Below, piece after piece: positions 8,522 to 17,607 of a DNA stretch of 64,000 nucleotides (position 1 is its first letter; each line of letters begins with the position of its first letter). The stretch lies in contig CAKTBC010000002.1 of assembly GCA_934533005.1 (NCBI GenBank), positions 3,702-67,701 on the forward strand, in the 5' to 3' direction. A program made the position numbers and the translations under genes. The notes under the pieces were generated by a model. The model saw only the letters and a list, made by a program, of their open reading frames with translations, was not told the origin of the DNA and did no database searches. Origin of the DNA: an uncultured Oscillospiraceae bacterium. Its GTDB lineage: Bacteria > Bacillota > Clostridia > Oscillospirales > Oscillospiraceae.

Positions 8522-10156
8522 TTATTGGATGGTTACGTTTCCGAATTTGCCGAGAAAGTCGAGCTTATCCAGCCCCGGCGCGCCGCCGGTCTGCAATTCC
8601 TCCAGCCGAATCTGCATCGGCGCACCGCAGAGCGCGGACACCTTCTGCCGGATCTTGTTGAGCACATCCGGGACATTGACCGTATTTTTTGCAAAGCCCG
8701 GCAGCAGACGCAAAATGAGCTCGCCGCCGCGGATCTCGCCGGAGGACTGCGTAGCGTCCGTCAGAACGATGCGCACGCCGATGGGCAGTTCGTTTTCCAG
8801 CTGCGAGAGCGCGTATTCCCAACTGACGCCGCCTGCGGGCACACCGTCTGCCGCCGTTACAGTAGGGGCAGGAACGGACTCAGTAGCCGGAGGAACCGGT
8901 TTTGCCTCTTCCGCAGGAGCGGGTTCGCTCGCCGGAGCCGGAGGCTCATACTCGGGAGCGCTCTTCTCGGCAGTCGGCGCTTCACGCACCGGCGCTGCCG
9001 GAGGGGGCACATACGTACTCTGCGGCTTCGGCGCCGCCGGGGCAATGCTCGGAGCCGGAGGCGCCGTGCGCGGCGGCGCGATCTCTCCGCCGCCGGAGAG
9101 CTCTGCAAGACAAAGCTCCGTTTGAAGTCGCGGGTTGCCGGTTTCGCGCAGCAGCGCCTGATGTTTTTGGAGTGTGTTCAAAAGCCAGAGAAGGTTTCCG
9201 TCGCTCGCACGGATCGAACGGAGCGCTTCCTCTCCGTAGGCCCCGGAGATGAGCGTTCTCCCGCCTTTGGGGGCAAGACGCAGCAGCAGCGCATCGCGGA
9301 AAAGGCCGGAGAGCTCCCCGAGGAGCGCCGCAGGGTCTTTCCCCTCCTGCCAGAGCGATTCAAACTGCGTGAGAGCGTCCTCGGTATTTCCGGCGAGAAC
9401 GGCATCCGCAATGGACTGCGTGCGGAGCGTCCCGGCCAGTCCCATAGCGTTCAGCACCGCCGCGGTATCCACGGTTTCCGCCGCAGAGCACTGGTCAAGA
9501 AGCGAAAGACCATCGCGCATGCCGCCGTCGGCGAGACGTCCCAGAAGCTGCGCCGCGTCCGCCGTGAGGTTGATGCCCTCCTGCTCCGCAACATAGGCGA
9601 GACGCTTGGCGATCGTGTTACTGTCGAGCCGCCGGAAGCTGTGGCGCTGGCAGCGGGAGAGGATCGTGGGGAGGACTTTGTTGAGTTCCGTCGTTGCGAG
9701 GATAAACATGAGGTGCTGCGGCGGCTCTTCCAGAATTTTCAGCAGCGCGTTGAACGCCGGTTTGGAGAGCATGTGCACCTCATCGATGATGTACACGCGC
9801 TTGCGCACCGTGGTGGGAGAGAAAATCGCCTCATCGCGCAGCATACGCACATCGTCCACGCCGTTATTGGACGCCGCGTCCAGTTCAACAACGTCGAGAA
9901 TGGAGCCGTCCTCGATGCCGCGGCAGGCGTCGCACTCGTTGCAGGGGTTCCCGTCCACCGGGTGCTCGCAGTTGACCGCCTTGGCGAGAATACGCGCGCA
10001 GGTCGTTTTGCCCGTGCCGCGGGTGCCGATAAAAAGATAGGCGTGGCTAAGCCGTCCGGTACGCACCTGGGTCTTGAGCGTTTCGGTGATGAACGGCTGC
10101 CCCACCACATCGTCAAAGGTTTTCGGCCGGTATTTCCGGTACAGAGCTTCGTACAA
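8522..10156 (-). CDS. dnaX: DNA polymerase III subunit gamma/tau
   Basis: (M)YEALYRKYRPKTFDDVVGQ, Walker A GTRGTGKTTCARILAK, Zn module CNECDACRGI, DEVHML. Start reassigned to the TTG 6 nt after GGAGAG. The upstream part of the track ORF overlaps the SRP RNA. Confidence 0.9.
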   Translation of the reverse strand: MYEALYRKYRPKTFDDVVGQPFITETLKTQVRTGRLSHAYLFIGTRGTGKTTCARILAKAVNCEHPVDGNPCNECDACRGIEDGSILDVVELDAASNNGVDDVRMLRDEAIFSPTTVRKRVYIIDEVHMLSKPAFNALLKILEEPPQHLMFILATTELNKVLPTILSRCQRHSFRRLDSNTIAKRLAYVAEQEGINLTADAAQLLGRLADGGMRDGLSLLDQCSAAETVDTAAVLNAMGLAGTLRTQSIADAVLAGNTEDALTQFESLWQEGKDPAALLGELSGLFRDALLLRLAPKGGRTLISGAYGEEALRSIRASDGNLLWLLNTLQKHQALLRETGNPRLQTELCLAELSGGGEIAPPRTAPPAPSIAPAAPKPQSTYVPPPAAPVREAPTAEKSAPEYEPPAPASEPAPAEEAKPVPPATESVPAPTVTAADGVPAGGVSWEYALSQLENELPIGVRIVLTDATQSSGEIRGGELILRLLPGFAKNTVNVPDVLNKIRQKVSALCGAPMQIRLEELQTGGAPGLDKLDFLGKFGNVTIQ

Positions 10157-10192
10157 AATCCATCTCTCCGTTTTTGGGAAAATAGAAAGCGA

Positions 10193-10482
10193 TCCTTGGC
10201 AAGACTGCACACCTTTCCTTGAATGATGCGGTATGCCCGGTGCAACAGCAGCCGGCTCAGGTCCGGCACCCTCACGGCACACACAGCGATCCGCTTAATG
10301 CTGCTCGGTTCCCCGCCTGACATGGTTCACGGGGCTGTGTTGCGCGAGACCAGACCGTCAGCGCCACTTACTGCCGCCAGACGACACATCGCATACCCTC
10401 GGAGAGGAATTCATCCCTGCTGTAGCGGATTGCAGGCTACAGGGCACCGCTGGCTCCCCGACTAGTGCAGCCTTGCCAAAGA
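10193..10482 (-). ncRNA. ffs: Signal recognition particle RNA, large Bacillus type (scRNA/ffs)
   Basis: The minus strand reads ...CGGGGAGCCAGCGGTGCCCTGTAGCCTGCAATCCGCTACAGCAGGG... (Alu domain) and GAACCATGTCAGGCGGGGAACCGAGCAGCATTAAG (domain IV). It closely parallels B. subtilis scRNA as I recall it. The terminal helix is GGCAAGGCTGCAC/GTGCAGTCTTGCC. Classic position upstream of dnaX. Ends are approximate. Confidence 0.85.
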
Positions 10483-10586
10483 CCGCTTTTTTATTATATC
10501 GGATGCGTGAAAAAATATCAAGTGTCTTTTGCGTCGCGTTTTCGTTTTCCTGCATACCATAATAAATGGAAAGGGTGTGCATCGTT

Positions 10587-11648
10587 ATGGAACAAAAAAA
10601 TTCCCGGCAGTTTTTCCTCGGCGCAAACACCGGCGCGGGGTTCGTTTCGCTCTATCCGGAGTTTACCAATCCGGGTAAAGGCTCTTTTTTCTGGTACATC
10701 AAAGGCGGTCCCGGCAATGGGAAGTCCACGCTCATGCGCCGCGCCGCCGAGCGCGCAGAAAGCGCGGGGCTCACCGTTGAAACCATTCTATGCTCCGGCG
10801 ATCCCGATTCTCTCGACGGTATATACATTCCGGAGAAAAAGCTCGGGTATGTAGACGCCACCTCGCCGCACGTGCAGGAGCCCGCCGTTCCGGGCGCGAC
10901 GGGGAAATATCTCGATCTCAGCACGTTCTATCGTCCCATTCCCCCGGAAACAGCGGCGGAACTCGCGGCCTTTTTCCCCGCGTACCGGCAGGAGTACGCG
11001 CGCGCCTACAACATGCTGCACGCGGCGATGCTGGTCTCGCCCGGCGAAATTCCGGGCATCGTTACGGAGGAAAAAAAGGCTCACGTGCGAAAACGCGCTG
11101 AAGCGTTCGCGGAAAAGATTCTTCATCCGTCGGACACGGGCGGAGAAACGCGGCGCTTTCTCTCCGCCTATACCTGCCGTGGTGCGGTGCTGCTCTCGGA
11201 GACCGCCGCATCGTTCGGGCGGGTGTATACGCTCGATAACGAGCTCGGTCTCGCGGATGAATTTTTGCAGATCGTGCTCGCGCGCTCCCGCGCCGCCGGT
11301 ACCGGGCGCATCGTCTGCCCCGATCCGGTTGATCCGAAAAAGCTCGCCGCGCTCCTTCTTCCAGAGGAAGGGCTGTCTCTTGTTGCGATATCCGGCGATT
11401 TTCGTTTTGACGGCAAGGCCGCGCAGCACTTCCGGCTTGATGCAATGGCAGAGCTTTCCGAAGCGCAGCGAAAGGAAGTTCGCCGAGCCGCCGCGCTGCG
11501 CCGCTCGCTCACAACGGAAGCGTGCGCCGCGCTACGCCGGGCAAAGGAGCTTCACGACGCGCTCGAAGCGCGGTACCGTCCGTTTGTGGATTTCCGTGCG
11601 CTGACCCGCTTTGAGGAGAAGCATCTGGAAAAAGCGTTTTCGGCATAA
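10587..11648 (+). CDS. P-loop NTPase of unknown function
   Basis: Walker A GGPGNGKSTLM near the N-terminus. Start taken at MEQKNSRQFF. No further family assignment is possible by eye. Confidence 0.55.
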   Translation: MEQKNSRQFFLGANTGAGFVSLYPEFTNPGKGSFFWYIKGGPGNGKSTLMRRAAERAESAGLTVETILCSGDPDSLDGIYIPEKKLGYVDATSPHVQEPAVPGATGKYLDLSTFYRPIPPETAAELAAFFPAYRQEYARAYNMLHAAMLVSPGEIPGIVTEEKKAHVRKRAEAFAEKILHPSDTGGETRRFLSAYTCRGAVLLSETAASFGRVYTLDNELGLADEFLQIVLARSRAAGTGRIVCPDPVDPKKLAALLLPEEGLSLVAISGDFRFDGKAAQHFRLDAMAELSEAQRKEVRRAAALRRSLTTEACAALRRAKELHDALEARYRPFVDFRALTRFEEKHLEKAFSA

Positions 11649-11702
11649 GCACGGCGCGGGGCGCATATACTTTTCCCGGAGAAAAAACGGAGGTACGCTT
11701 TC

Positions 11703-12188
11703 ATGGATCGGAACCAGGAAAAGAAACGGGACATTATACGTTATACCGGACATATTGCCGGAACGCTCACGGTCGGCGGTCTTTCAGCGCTTCTCTCCCG
11801 CGGCGGCATGGAGGCATTCTCTCACCTGAAAAAGCCGCCGTTCGCTCCGCCGGACTGGGTATTCCCGGCGGCGTGGACGCTTCTCTATATCCTGATGGCC
11901 ATCAGCGCGGCAATGATCGCCGGAGAGGGAACGAAGCGATCGCGCGGCGCGCTTTTCACGTACTGGGCGCAGCTCTTCGTCAACTTCTGGTGGTCGATCC
12001 TTTTCTTTGCCTGGGGGCTGCGGCTCACAGCCTTTTTCTGGCTGCTTCTGCTGCTCGCACTGGCCGCGGCAATGGCGATCCGGTTCGGCAAGATCCGTCC
12101 TATCGCCGGGAAAATGAACATTCCCTATCTTCTGTGGCTTGTTTTCGCCGGAGTGTTGAATATTTCGGTATACATTTTAAACAAGTGA
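11703..12188 (+). CDS. tspO: TspO/MBR family tryptophan-rich sensory protein
   Basis: KPPFAPPDWVFPAAWTLLYILMAISA...FVNFWWSILFF...IPYLLWLVFAGVLN is the characteristic TspO signature, with 5 TM helices. Confidence 0.88.
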   Translation: MDRNQEKKRDIIRYTGHIAGTLTVGGLSALLSRGGMEAFSHLKKPPFAPPDWVFPAAWTLLYILMAISAAMIAGEGTKRSRGALFTYWAQLFVNFWWSILFFAWGLRLTAFFWLLLLLALAAAMAIRFGKIRPIAGKMNIPYLLWLVFAGVLNISVYILNK

Positions 12189-12202
12189 AACGTTTCCGAT
12201 TG

Positions 12203-12232
12203 GCCCGCAATTGATTTGCGGGCTAATTTTTT
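12203..12232 (+). terminator. Rho-independent terminator of tspO
   Basis: Stem ggcccgcaa/ttgcgggc(t) followed by T6. Confidence 0.75.
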
Positions 12233-12263
12233 GTTAAGAAATCGTTTTTGAAAAAAAACGGTA

Positions 12264-12292
12264 TTGAAAAATACTATTTCTTCCTGTAAACT
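12264..12292 (+). promoter_or_regulatory. Sigma-A-type promoter of hppA
   Basis: TTGAAA - 17 nt - TAAACT. Confidence 0.45.
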
Positions 12293-12341
12293 TAACACTT
12301 GCCCTGATCCCTAAGCAAAAAATTTTTGAGGAGTGAAGTAA

Positions 12342-14459
12342 TTGGACAAACTGTTTTGGATCGGCTTCGTCGGTGCTGTCGTTGCCGGTCTCTTTGCTGT
12401 TCTTCAGGCAAAGAAAGTCATGGGCTATTCCGAAGGCACCGAAAAGATGCAGAAGCTTGCCGCTTCCATTCGTGAGGGTGCCAACGCTTATCTGAAGCGT
12501 CAGTACACCACCGTTCTCAAGGTCTTCGCCATCGTGTTCGTGGTTCTGCTGGTGATTGCTTTTGCCTCCAACGGCAAAATGCTCTCCAAGTTTACCCCGT
12601 TCGCGTTCGTCACGGGCGGCATCTGGTCGATGCTCGCCGGTCTCGTCGGCATGAAGATCGCCACGAACTCCAACGCGCGTACCGCGCAGGCCGCCTCCGA
12701 GAGCCTGAACAAGGGTCTCCGCGTGGCGTTCTCCTCCGGTTCCGTTATGGGCTTCACCGTCGTCGGTCTCGGCATGCTGGATATCACCATCTGGTTTTTC
12801 CTGCTCCGCTATGCCTTCGGCATTGATGATCCCGTGCAGCTCGGCAACATCATGGTCATGAACGGCATGGGCGCTTCCTTCATGGCGCTCTTCGCCCGCG
12901 TCGGCGGCGGTATCTACACCAAGGCCGCGGACGTCGGCGCCGACCTTGTGGGCAAGGTCGAAGCCGGTATCCCCGAGGACGACCCGCGCAACCCCGCCAC
13001 CATCGCCGATAACGTCGGTGACAACGTCGGCGACGTTGCCGGTATGGGCGCTGACCTGTACGAGTCCTACGTCGGCTCCATTCTCGCTACCTTCGCGCTG
13101 AGCGCCGTCGGCGGCTACGGCTTTGCCGGCATGCTGCTGCCCATGGCTCTCGCCGTTGTCGGCATCATCTGCTCCATCATCGGCTCCTTCCTCGTCAAGA
13201 CGAAGGAAAATGCTTCCCAGCAGGCCCTGCTCAAGAGTCTCCGTACCGGCACCTACACCGCGGCCATTCTCGCCGCCGTGCTCGCCGCCCCCCTCTGCTT
13301 TCTCCTTCTCCGAAACGACGGCTGGGGCGTTTACGTTGCCATCCTCTGCGGTCTGATCGGCGGCTGCGCCATCGGCTACTTCACCGAGTATTACACCTCC
13401 GACACCTATAAGCCCACCCAGGAGCTCGCCGCGGCTTCCGAGACCGGCTCTGCCACGATCATCATCGGCGGCATCTCCCTCGGTCTCAAGTCCACGCTGA
13501 CCTCCATTCTGATCGTTGCTGCCGCCGTTCTCATCAGCTACTTTGCCGCGGGCGGCTCCAAGACGATCGTTGACGGCGCCGGTCACTTCACCGAGGCCTT
13601 CAACAAGGGTCTGTACGGCATCGGCATCGCCGGCGTCGGCATGCTCTCCACGCTCGGCATCACTCTCGCGACCGACGCTTACGGCCCCGTGGCCGACAAC
13701 GCCGGCGGCATCGCCGAGATGGCTGGTCTCCCCGAAGAAGTCCGCGAGCGCACCGACGCTCTTGACTCTCTCGGCAACACCACCGCCGCCACCGGCAAGG
13801 GCTTCGCAATCGGCTCCGCTTCTCTGACCGCTCTCGCGCTGCTCGTCTCCTACGTCAACATCGTGCAGGAAGGCACGGACGAGATCCTCAACTTCACGCT
13901 TACGAGCCCCACCGTTCTGGTTGGCCTCTTCATCGGCGCGATGCTCACGTTCGTATTCTCCGCGTTCACCATGAGCGCTGTGCAGCGCGCGGCGCAGTCC
14001 ATCGTTGTGGAAGTCCGCCGTCAGTTCAAGGAGATCCCCGGTATCATGGAATACAAGGCCGATCCCGACTACGCGCAGTGCGTCTCGCTCTGCACGCAGG
14101 GTGCTCTTCATGAGATGGTCGCTCCGGCTCTGCTCGCCATCATCGTGCCTTTGGCCACCGGCCTCATCCTCGGGCCCACCGGCGTTGTCGGTCTGCTCGG
14201 CGGTGTGTCCGTCACCGGCTTTGCGATGGCCGTGTTCATGTCCAACGCCGGCGGCGCCTGGGACAACGCGAAGAAGTATATCGAGGGCGGCCACCACGGC
14301 GGCAAGGGCAGCGAGCAGCACAAGGCTGCCGTTGTCGGCGACACCGTTGGCGACCCGTTCAAGGATACTTCTGGCCCGTCCCTGAACATTCTGATCAAGC
14401 TCTGCTCCACGGTTTCCATCGTGTTCTCCGGCCTGATCATCGCCTTCCACCTGATCTAA
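12342..14459 (+). CDS. hppA: Membrane-bound ion-translocating pyrophosphatase (V-PPase)
   Basis: 705 aa polytopic protein with GGGIYTKAADVGADLVGKVE, DNVGDNVGD and AAVVGDTVGDPFKDTSGPSLNILIK motifs. TTG start 8 nt after GAGGAG. Confidence 0.92.
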   Translation: MDKLFWIGFVGAVVAGLFAVLQAKKVMGYSEGTEKMQKLAASIREGANAYLKRQYTTVLKVFAIVFVVLLVIAFASNGKMLSKFTPFAFVTGGIWSMLAGLVGMKIATNSNARTAQAASESLNKGLRVAFSSGSVMGFTVVGLGMLDITIWFFLLRYAFGIDDPVQLGNIMVMNGMGASFMALFARVGGGIYTKAADVGADLVGKVEAGIPEDDPRNPATIADNVGDNVGDVAGMGADLYESYVGSILATFALSAVGGYGFAGMLLPMALAVVGIICSIIGSFLVKTKENASQQALLKSLRTGTYTAAILAAVLAAPLCFLLLRNDGWGVYVAILCGLIGGCAIGYFTEYYTSDTYKPTQELAAASETGSATIIIGGISLGLKSTLTSILIVAAAVLISYFAAGGSKTIVDGAGHFTEAFNKGLYGIGIAGVGMLSTLGITLATDAYGPVADNAGGIAEMAGLPEEVRERTDALDSLGNTTAATGKGFAIGSASLTALALLVSYVNIVQEGTDEILNFTLTSPTVLVGLFIGAMLTFVFSAFTMSAVQRAAQSIVVEVRRQFKEIPGIMEYKADPDYAQCVSLCTQGALHEMVAPALLAIIVPLATGLILGPTGVVGLLGGVSVTGFAMAVFMSNAGGAWDNAKKYIEGGHHGGKGSEQHKAAVVGDTVGDPFKDTSGPSLNILIKLCSTVSIVFSGLIIAFHLI

Positions 14460-14470
14460 GCTTCAACGGC

Positions 14471-14513
14471 AAAAGCCCCTGCATGGCTCAAAAGGTCATG
14501 CAGGGGCTTTCTT
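14471..14513. terminator. Bidirectional terminator between hppA (+) and the anti-sigma gene (-)
   Basis: 12 bp stem agcccctgcatg/catgcaggggct flanked by an A-run and a T-run. Confidence 0.8.
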
Positions 14514-14527
14514 ATATTCGATTCATT

Positions 14528-15490
14528 TCAGAGACCAAGCGTATACAGAAGCTTCTGAAGCTCGGAAGCGGAGACGGCGCAGGTTTTGATATCCTGTCCT
14601 GCCAGCTTTGAGGCATCCGCGGTCGTGACGGTGAACGTCTCCTTCCCTGCTTCGGTCTCATACTTCCATGTGACGGTGCCGAGGTTTTCAATCTCCGCGA
14701 GGAGCACACACGAGCATTTCTGCATCTCTTCTTTTATGCTCTTTTCCTTTTCCTGCGCGACGGGCTCCTCCAGAAGAAGTGTCCAGCCGTAGGGCTTGGC
14801 GTCCGTCTGCAGCTCGTTTGTGAAGCTGCCAACACGGTTTGAAACGCGGAGGAGCGAGGCAATATTGGCGTTCGCGCTCATATCACCAACATAGGGGTTC
14901 TTCGCCTCATACAGTCTTGCTGTGAGCCAATCAATGGATTCGCCGTTTTCCCAGAGGACGAGACCGTTGACGGAAACGCTCGTAACATCTCTCGTGGTCG
15001 GGTATTCCCAGGCAAAGTCTCCGCTGTGGGAGAATATTGCAGGCGCTGCGTAAATCAGCGCCTTCACGCCGCCGTCCTCGTTCTGCGTAATATTCGCCCG
15101 GCACACGCTCTGGGCGCTGTCGGTGAGCGTGCCGGTGAGGCGTACTGTACCGTCCCTTACGGTGACAGCAGTCGCAATCACGCGCGAATCTACAGGATAT
15201 CCAATATAAAAGAGCCGAACCATCGCCGCTATTGCGAGCAGCGCTACCGCCGCCAATATGGCCGTCACTTTGCGCGAGCTCCGGCGGCGTACCTTTTTGA
15301 GATAGTCGATCTCCTTTTCTTCCGTCGGCGCGGTCTCCTCCGGCTCTTTCATCCGGCGCAGCGTCTCTCGGCAGTCTGGACATTCTTCTATATGCCGCTC
15401 CACCGCGGCTTTTGATGCATCGCACACAACACCGTCAAGATACGAGGGCAGAAGATCGCGGACAATCTCACAGCTCAGATCATTTTTCAT
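14528..15490 (-). CDS. Anti-sigma factor with zf-HC2 domain, single TM helix and extracytoplasmic domain (DUF4825-like, tentative)
   Basis: N-terminus MKNDLSCEIVRDLLPSYLDGVV...HIEECPDCRETL (H-x3-C-x2-C) and TM helix KVTAILAAVALLAIAAMV. The ATG overlaps the sigma-gene stop (ATGAAAAATGA). Confidence 0.8.
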   Translation of the reverse strand: MKNDLSCEIVRDLLPSYLDGVVCDASKAAVERHIEECPDCRETLRRMKEPEETAPTEEKEIDYLKKVRRRSSRKVTAILAAVALLAIAAMVRLFYIGYPVDSRVIATAVTVRDGTVRLTGTLTDSAQSVCRANITQNEDGGVKALIYAAPAIFSHSGDFAWEYPTTRDVTSVSVNGLVLWENGESIDWLTARLYEAKNPYVGDMSANANIASLLRVSNRVGSFTNELQTDAKPYGWTLLLEEPVAQEKEKSIKEEMQKCSCVLLAEIENLGTVTWKYETEAGKETFTVTTADASKLAGQDIKTCAVSASELQKLLYTLGL

Positions 15491-15965
15491 TGTCTTTTTC
15501 CAGCTCCTTTCGCAGCGCTTCCCTGCCGCGGTAGTAGGTGACGCGCGCCCAGTTTTCCGTATGCGATAAAATTTCGCCGATATCCCGGAAGGAAAGCGCA
15601 CCAAAGATGCGAAGATACATCACCTCGCGCGCGTCGCTTCCGAGCATCTGCATTTTCCGCAGAAGCTCCAGCTGTGATTCCCGTGCGAGAAACGCTTCAT
15701 CCGGCGCTTCCGGTGCAGGTGCCGTTTCGTCCAGTTCCTCTTCCGGCGGATGGCGGCGCTGATATGTCCGCCAGACGTTCTTCGCGATGCCGCAAAGCCA
15801 CGTGGTGAGCTTTCCTTCGCCGCGATACTGCCCGGCGGTGCGCACGGCCTGATAAAACGTCTCCTGTGTCATCTCTTCCGCAAGATCGGCGCTGCGCGTC
15901 TGGGCAAGGAGATAGCGGTACACCGTCTGCGCGTGCTGCCGGTAGATTTCTTCCATGCTCTGCAT
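15480..15965 (-). CDS. ECF-type RNA polymerase sigma-70 factor
   Basis: MQSMEEIYRQHAQTVYRYLL...TQETFYQAV...WLCGIAKNVW, with region 4 FRDIGEILSHTENWARVTYYRGREALRKEL. ATG follows GGAGGG. Confidence 0.85.
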   Translation of the reverse strand: MQSMEEIYRQHAQTVYRYLLAQTRSADLAEEMTQETFYQAVRTAGQYRGEGKLTTWLCGIAKNVWRTYQRRHPPEEELDETAPAPEAPDEAFLARESQLELLRKMQMLGSDAREVMYLRIFGALSFRDIGEILSHTENWARVTYYRGREALRKELEKDNEK

Positions 15966-16024
15966 TCGTACCGCCCTCCTTTCCGTTTCGTCGTATATAA
16001 GTGCGCGTTTTATCCGTTTCGTTA

Positions 16025-16051
16025 CAAAAAATCCTGTGCCGGAGCACAGGA
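16025..16051 (-). terminator. Rho-independent terminator (distal terminator of ddl-murF)
   Basis: Minus-strand stem atcctgtgc/gcacaggat followed by T6. Confidence 0.75.
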
Positions 16052-16115
16052 TTTTGAGCTTGCCAATCTGGCAAGTTCTCAAACGAGACCCGCTACGCTG
16101 GGCTCCTCTCGTTTG

Positions 16116-16138
16116 AAAAAGCTGCGGCTCGCCGCAGC
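16116..16138 (-). terminator. Rho-independent terminator (proximal, within the murF 3' region)
   Basis: Minus-strand stem gctgcgg/ccgcagc followed by T5. Confidence 0.55.
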
Positions 16139-16257
16139 GCACTCGCTACGCTCGCACGTTTGCGAGCCGAGAAGTATTTTTGCCGACGCACATGTCGCCG
16201 GCAAAAATGTTTTAAATCTTTTTTGCTCCTGTGGAAGCAAACTCTGCGAGGCGTATT

Positions 16258-17607
16258 TTATACGGTGAGCTTCTTAACGGCTTCCGATATTTCCTCGAAA
16301 TGCGCGCCATGGGAGGCTTTGACGAGCACAGCATCGCCCGGCCGAATGAGCTCCGGCAGCTTGGAGAGCAGCTCGGCGCGATCCTGAAAACAGACGCCGG
16401 TCTCCCCCGCGCCTTCGGCAATGTGCTTTGCCAGCTCGCCCTGCGCGATCAGAAGATCGACGCCGTGACCCGCGGCGTATTCGCCAACCGAGCGGTGGAG
16501 CGCCGGGGCATTTTCACCCATTTCCAGCATGTCACCGAGGATGCACACACGCCGTCCGCCAAGCGAGGAAAGCGAGTCGATCGCCGCGCAATCGGACGTT
16601 GGGTTGGCGTTGTAGCAGTCGTCCACAAGTGTGCAGTATCCGGTTTTGACGACGCGGGAGCGGCGGCCGACCGTTTCATACCGGGCGAGGCCGCGCGTGA
16701 TCTCCTCGTCCGATAGGCCGAGCTCCAGCGATACCGCCGCCGCGGAGAGCACCGAGTAGATCATATATGTACCGTAGGCCGGGACGGTCACGGCAAAGTT
16801 ACGCCCCTCTGCCAGAATGCGGCAGGAAAGGCTCTCGCCGTTTTGCTGCACGTCCGCAGCGCGGACGGCGCAGTTTTTGCCGAGACCGAAAAGGACGGTC
16901 TTCCGCCCGAAGTCTGCTTTCGAGAGCAGCGCATCGTCGCCGTTGGCAAAGATGACGGCGTCATCCTTCATGCCCAATAAAATTTCTGATTTTGCCCGCA
17001 GGATGCCGGGGCGGTCGCCGAGCGCTTCGAGGTGCGCGTCGCCGATGTTTGTAAAGACCGCCATATCCGGGTGCACCATATTCGTAAGGCGCGTCATCTC
17101 CCCGAAGAGGGAGACGCCCATTTCAATCACGGCGACGTCATAGTCGCCATGGAGGCCGATGAGTGAAACGGGAATGCCGATCTGCCCGTTCATGCTGCCC
17201 GGCGTTTTGAATACCCCGTATTTTCCGGAGAGCGCGGCGGCAAGCATTTCCTTGGCCGTTGTCTTGCCGACGCTGCCGGTGACGCCGACAAACGGGATAT
17301 CCCAGCGCTTCCGGCTCGCCGCGGCGATCTGCTGCATGGCCGCAAGCGTATCCGGCACAACCATGCGCGGCTCGCCCGCCGTACCGCGCTCCTCGCACAG
17401 CACTGCGAGCGCACCTTTTTGCAGCACGTCGGGGATAAACTTATGTCCATCCGTCCGCTCGCCGCGCAGCGCGAGAAAGAGGCTTCCTTCCCCCGTCTGC
17501 CGGCTGTCGGTCACGATAGCGGTGGGCGCTTTGGAAAGCACCGCTTCCTTTCCCTGCCATTCGCCGCGGCAGGCGCGGAGCATTTCGCCGATCGTCATTC
17601 CGTTCAT
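16258..17607 (-). CDS. murF: UDP-N-acetylmuramoyl-tripeptide--D-alanyl-D-alanine ligase
   Basis: VTDSRQ...LFLALRGERTDGH, ATP loop GVTGSVGKTTAKEM. ATGA overlap with ddl. Confidence 0.9.
   Translation of the reverse strand: MNGMTIGEMLRACRGEWQGKEAVLSKAPTAIVTDSRQTGEGSLFLALRGERTDGHKFIPDVLQKGALAVLCEERGTAGEPRMVVPDTLAAMQQIAAASRKRWDIPFVGVTGSVGKTTAKEMLAAALSGKYGVFKTPGSMNGQIGIPVSLIGLHGDYDVAVIEMGVSLFGEMTRLTNMVHPDMAVFTNIGDAHLEALGDRPGILRAKSEILLGMKDDAVIFANGDDALLSKADFGRKTVLFGLGKNCAVRAADVQQNGESLSCRILAEGRNFAVTVPAYGTYMIYSVLSAAAVSLELGLSDEEITRGLARYETVGRRSRVVKTGYCTLVDDCYNANPTSDCAAIDSLSSLGGRRVCILGDMLEMGENAPALHRSVGEYAAGHGVDLLIAQGELAKHIAEGAGETGVCFQDRAELLSKLPELIRPGDAVLVKASHGAHFEEISEAVKKLTV

Noticed and set aside
8680-8700. 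A-AAA-AAT heptamer in dnaX as a possible programmed -1 frameshift site for gamma-subunit production.
   Set aside because: It lies about 15 codons from the C-terminus, far from the domain III/IV boundary where tau/gamma frameshifting occurs. No downstream stem-loop is evident.
12234-14450. 738 aa ORF antisense to hppA. Similar long ORFs occur at 29053-31899 (-), 8003-10222 (+), 54484-56664 (+), 47192-48889 (+), 52898-54466 (+) and 59491-60510 (-).
   Set aside because: They lie exactly opposite genes with strong family motifs. Their translations are Gly/Arg/Ala/Asp-rich low-complexity strings without motifs or RBS. They are typical shadow ORFs of GC-rich coding DNA.
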